Of a DNA stretch of 64,000 nt, positions 61,541 to 64,000 are shown piece by piece. Every line of letters begins with the position of its first letter. The first letter of the stretch is position 1. The translations under genes and the position numbers were made by a program. The notes under the pieces were generated by a model. The model worked only from the letters and a program-made list of their open reading frames with translations, did not search any database and was not told the origin of the DNA. This DNA is from Lama guanicoe (lineage: Eukaryota). The stretch spans positions 505,793 to 569,792 of the forward strand of contig MU053493.1 of assembly GCA_013239625.1 (NCBI GenBank), written 5' to 3'.

Positions 61541-63088
61541 CTTCTGTTTTAATTCCTAAAGAGACATATTCTTAACTATCGTAAACCTCGCAGACTTCCC
61601 GTATACATGCTTCTAATGAAGTCTTTGTCCCAGTGTCCCTACCCACAATTACTTTTGAGAACTCTTCAATTAGCCATTTCCTTGTGTTTTTCACCCCTAT
61701 GCTTTGCTCTTCCAATGGAAAGGTAGAGGAAGGGGTACTTTTAATCTATTGGGAACACAAATAAAGAAGATTACAACCTTTTGACATTTTTGCTGAGGTG
61801 TGTTGACAAACTGATGTATTTTACTGGCTATTTTCTTTAAAAAAATAATTTAAAATATTCCAATCCCCACTTTTTTTTTTTTGGTCCTGCTTTCAAACGG
61901 GAGTGTTCTTTTCTTAGCTTATGATATTTTACTAACTGTGGGCAGTGGCTGCCAGCTTCAGGGGTAGGATTCTATTTCTCAAAGTCTCCCCCATGAGCTG
62001 CTGGCTCAGTAAGCCTGTGGTTCACCTCACAACTTAGTGAAGGCAGCACAGTAATCCTATATTTTGCCTCCGAAAAAGATAGATGATCATCTTACTAGGC
62101 TTGGATATCAGTTTCTATACTGCTTGCTGCTAACTGCTATATGAATACCATATGCTTTGGTTTTAATGTTATTTCAGCACGCTGATTCTCTAATGATTGC
62201 TATGTCGCATTAGACTGGGTTATATTGTGGTAATAAACCTAACCCAAAGTATCTGTGGCTTAACACAACATTGATTTGTTACTTGCTCATGCTACACATA
62301 CCACAGACATGGACACGTGTCTCTTCTCAGCAGAGTCACTCTGGGATCCAGACCACTAGAGCTGTCACTTTCACATCATCTTTTTGTTGTTCCTTTGGGC
62401 AATGACCTCATATATATCAATATGGAGCCCTTTATGGGAAGATATAGTTCCCCCACCCCACTTCATTCTACTTGAAACTCAACAAACAGGCTATCTTTTT
62501 TTTTTCCCCAAATCAAATTCAGTTCAAAATGTATTTCAGACCATGGGGCAGGTAAGCAGTAAAAATGAATGCACATGTGTTTTAGAAACTTCATTTGTAG
62601 AAACTGCAAAACTAAAGTTGAATCATGAGGCCAATGAGCTCAGAATTCTTCATGTCAGGTGACAGTAAGTTGTTCCAGTAAAGTGATGACAGGGGGCCCA
62701 ATCACAAAAGTCACCGAGTGCACCACACATGAACTGTAGACTTCAGGGCTACTCTGCTGAGCATGGATGGCCAATTTTAACCTGTTCACAAAGAGACTGC
62801 TCTGAACTACAGTATTCTCAAAAGAAACAGCCAACAAAAAATATCTTATGGTGATTAGATGATCAAATAAAGAAATACAGCTGATATCATCCAAATCAGG
62901 AAGAAAAAAAACCCCACTAAAATATTCATTTCAGCCTCATTGAATCTGCCCCCTTCTTCCAAGTACTTATTTAAACAACTTAGGCAAGAATCTTGGCACA
63001 ATCAGAACAATATCTTAAATGGTGAATTATCAGGGTTTTCCCTTCATTCAGCCTTTCCACCAGAGGAACATGCAGCTCTTTCCAAACT

Positions 63089-63625
63089 TGTGGTGGCTGT
63101 AAAAATTGGTTGAAAGGGCTTTTACATGACTCCCGTCGAGAGGAGGAGATTACACCCCCGCCCCTTGAAACTGGGTGGACTTGTGAGTACTTCAAGTCAC
63201 AGAGGATGCATGGATGATCTGTGACTTCTGAGTCAGGGTCACGAAAGGAATGCTGCTCTGCCTGGCACACTGGAAAAATGACCTTTTAAATCTAAGCCAC
63301 TGTGTATGATGTCCAAGTTGGTTTCCACACTGTGAAGAATCCAAGCCATACAGAGAACCCCTGTGGATAGCCTAGCTGAACCCAGCATCTGGAGCGTCCT
63401 TGCCTGGCATCACACAGCAAAGACACCTATAGCTTATTCCAGCCCCCAGTAGTTTAAATCCCTCCCCTGCCATTTGTGTCTTCCCCTTTGAGGCCTCAGA
63501 AATTATGAACCAAAGAAAAGTCTTCCCCATTATGCCACAGAATTCATGAGCATAATAAAATAGCTTTTCTTTAATGCTACTAATTCTGGGATGATTTGTT
63601 ACACAGCAATAGGCAATCGTAACAC
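63089..63625 (+). mobile_element. Old MLT1 (G/H-like) solo LTR
   Basis: 'ccccttgaaactgggtggacttgtga..ggggatgatttgttacacagcaataggcaatcgtaaca'. Confidence 0.75.
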
Positions 63626-64000
63626 ATCTCATATTCTAGTGTTACACGTGGCCAAGATGTTGTGGGGATGAGCAGGATATTTTAAGCATAAAAGCGCCCT
63701 CTGAAAATGGGTTAGGAAGAGAAAGAGAAGAACCTTAGTGTAATATGAAATATAGGGAAAATCACTCATTTTTCTCAGGTCATAGAAGACCTTCCTAAGA
63801 AGCAACTTTTTTCTCATTGTGGTTTTTAGGATGCTTATAATCTGTAGACTTTTAATTCACTTCTTGAAAATTCCTATTTACCCTACTTCTTAAATAATAG
63901 CATATGAGCTTTTTCCTTCTTCATTTAAGTTAAATTAGCCCAACAGAAACCCAAGCCCACCCGCTTATTTCTGACAGGCAGATGGTGGATGGAGCAATGT

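Noticed and set aside
1..64000. CRISPR array or prokaryotic defence system
   Set aside because: The sequence is mammalian, with no repeat-spacer array or operon-like ORFs.

Overview
Mammalian non-coding DNA, most likely camelid: it carries tRNA-derived SINEs resembling Vic-1 and young artiodactyl-type L1 3' ends. I found no supportable protein-coding gene, tRNA, rRNA or snRNA. The only protein-like ORF (9269-9838) is the C-terminus of LINE-1 ORF2. Roughly half the window is interspersed repeat (L1, ERV1 and MaLR solo LTRs, SINEs, DNA transposon fossils). The unique sequence looks like a decayed tandem array. Five CTCF-like motifs lie in the same orientation (1674, 17089, 28592, 40473, 50392), the last four 10-12 kb apart, with related flanks. 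Three CpG islands appear paralogous (16.4, 27.8, 38.5 kb), two NRF1-motif elements appear paralogous (47.4, 52.9 kb), and a 1-kb duplicon shows patchy perfect identity suggestive of gene conversion. The regulatory modules seem preserved while no gene bodies are visible. Repeat family names and all alignments were made by eye from memory, so they need RepeatMasker and BLAST confirmation. I could not identify the locus.
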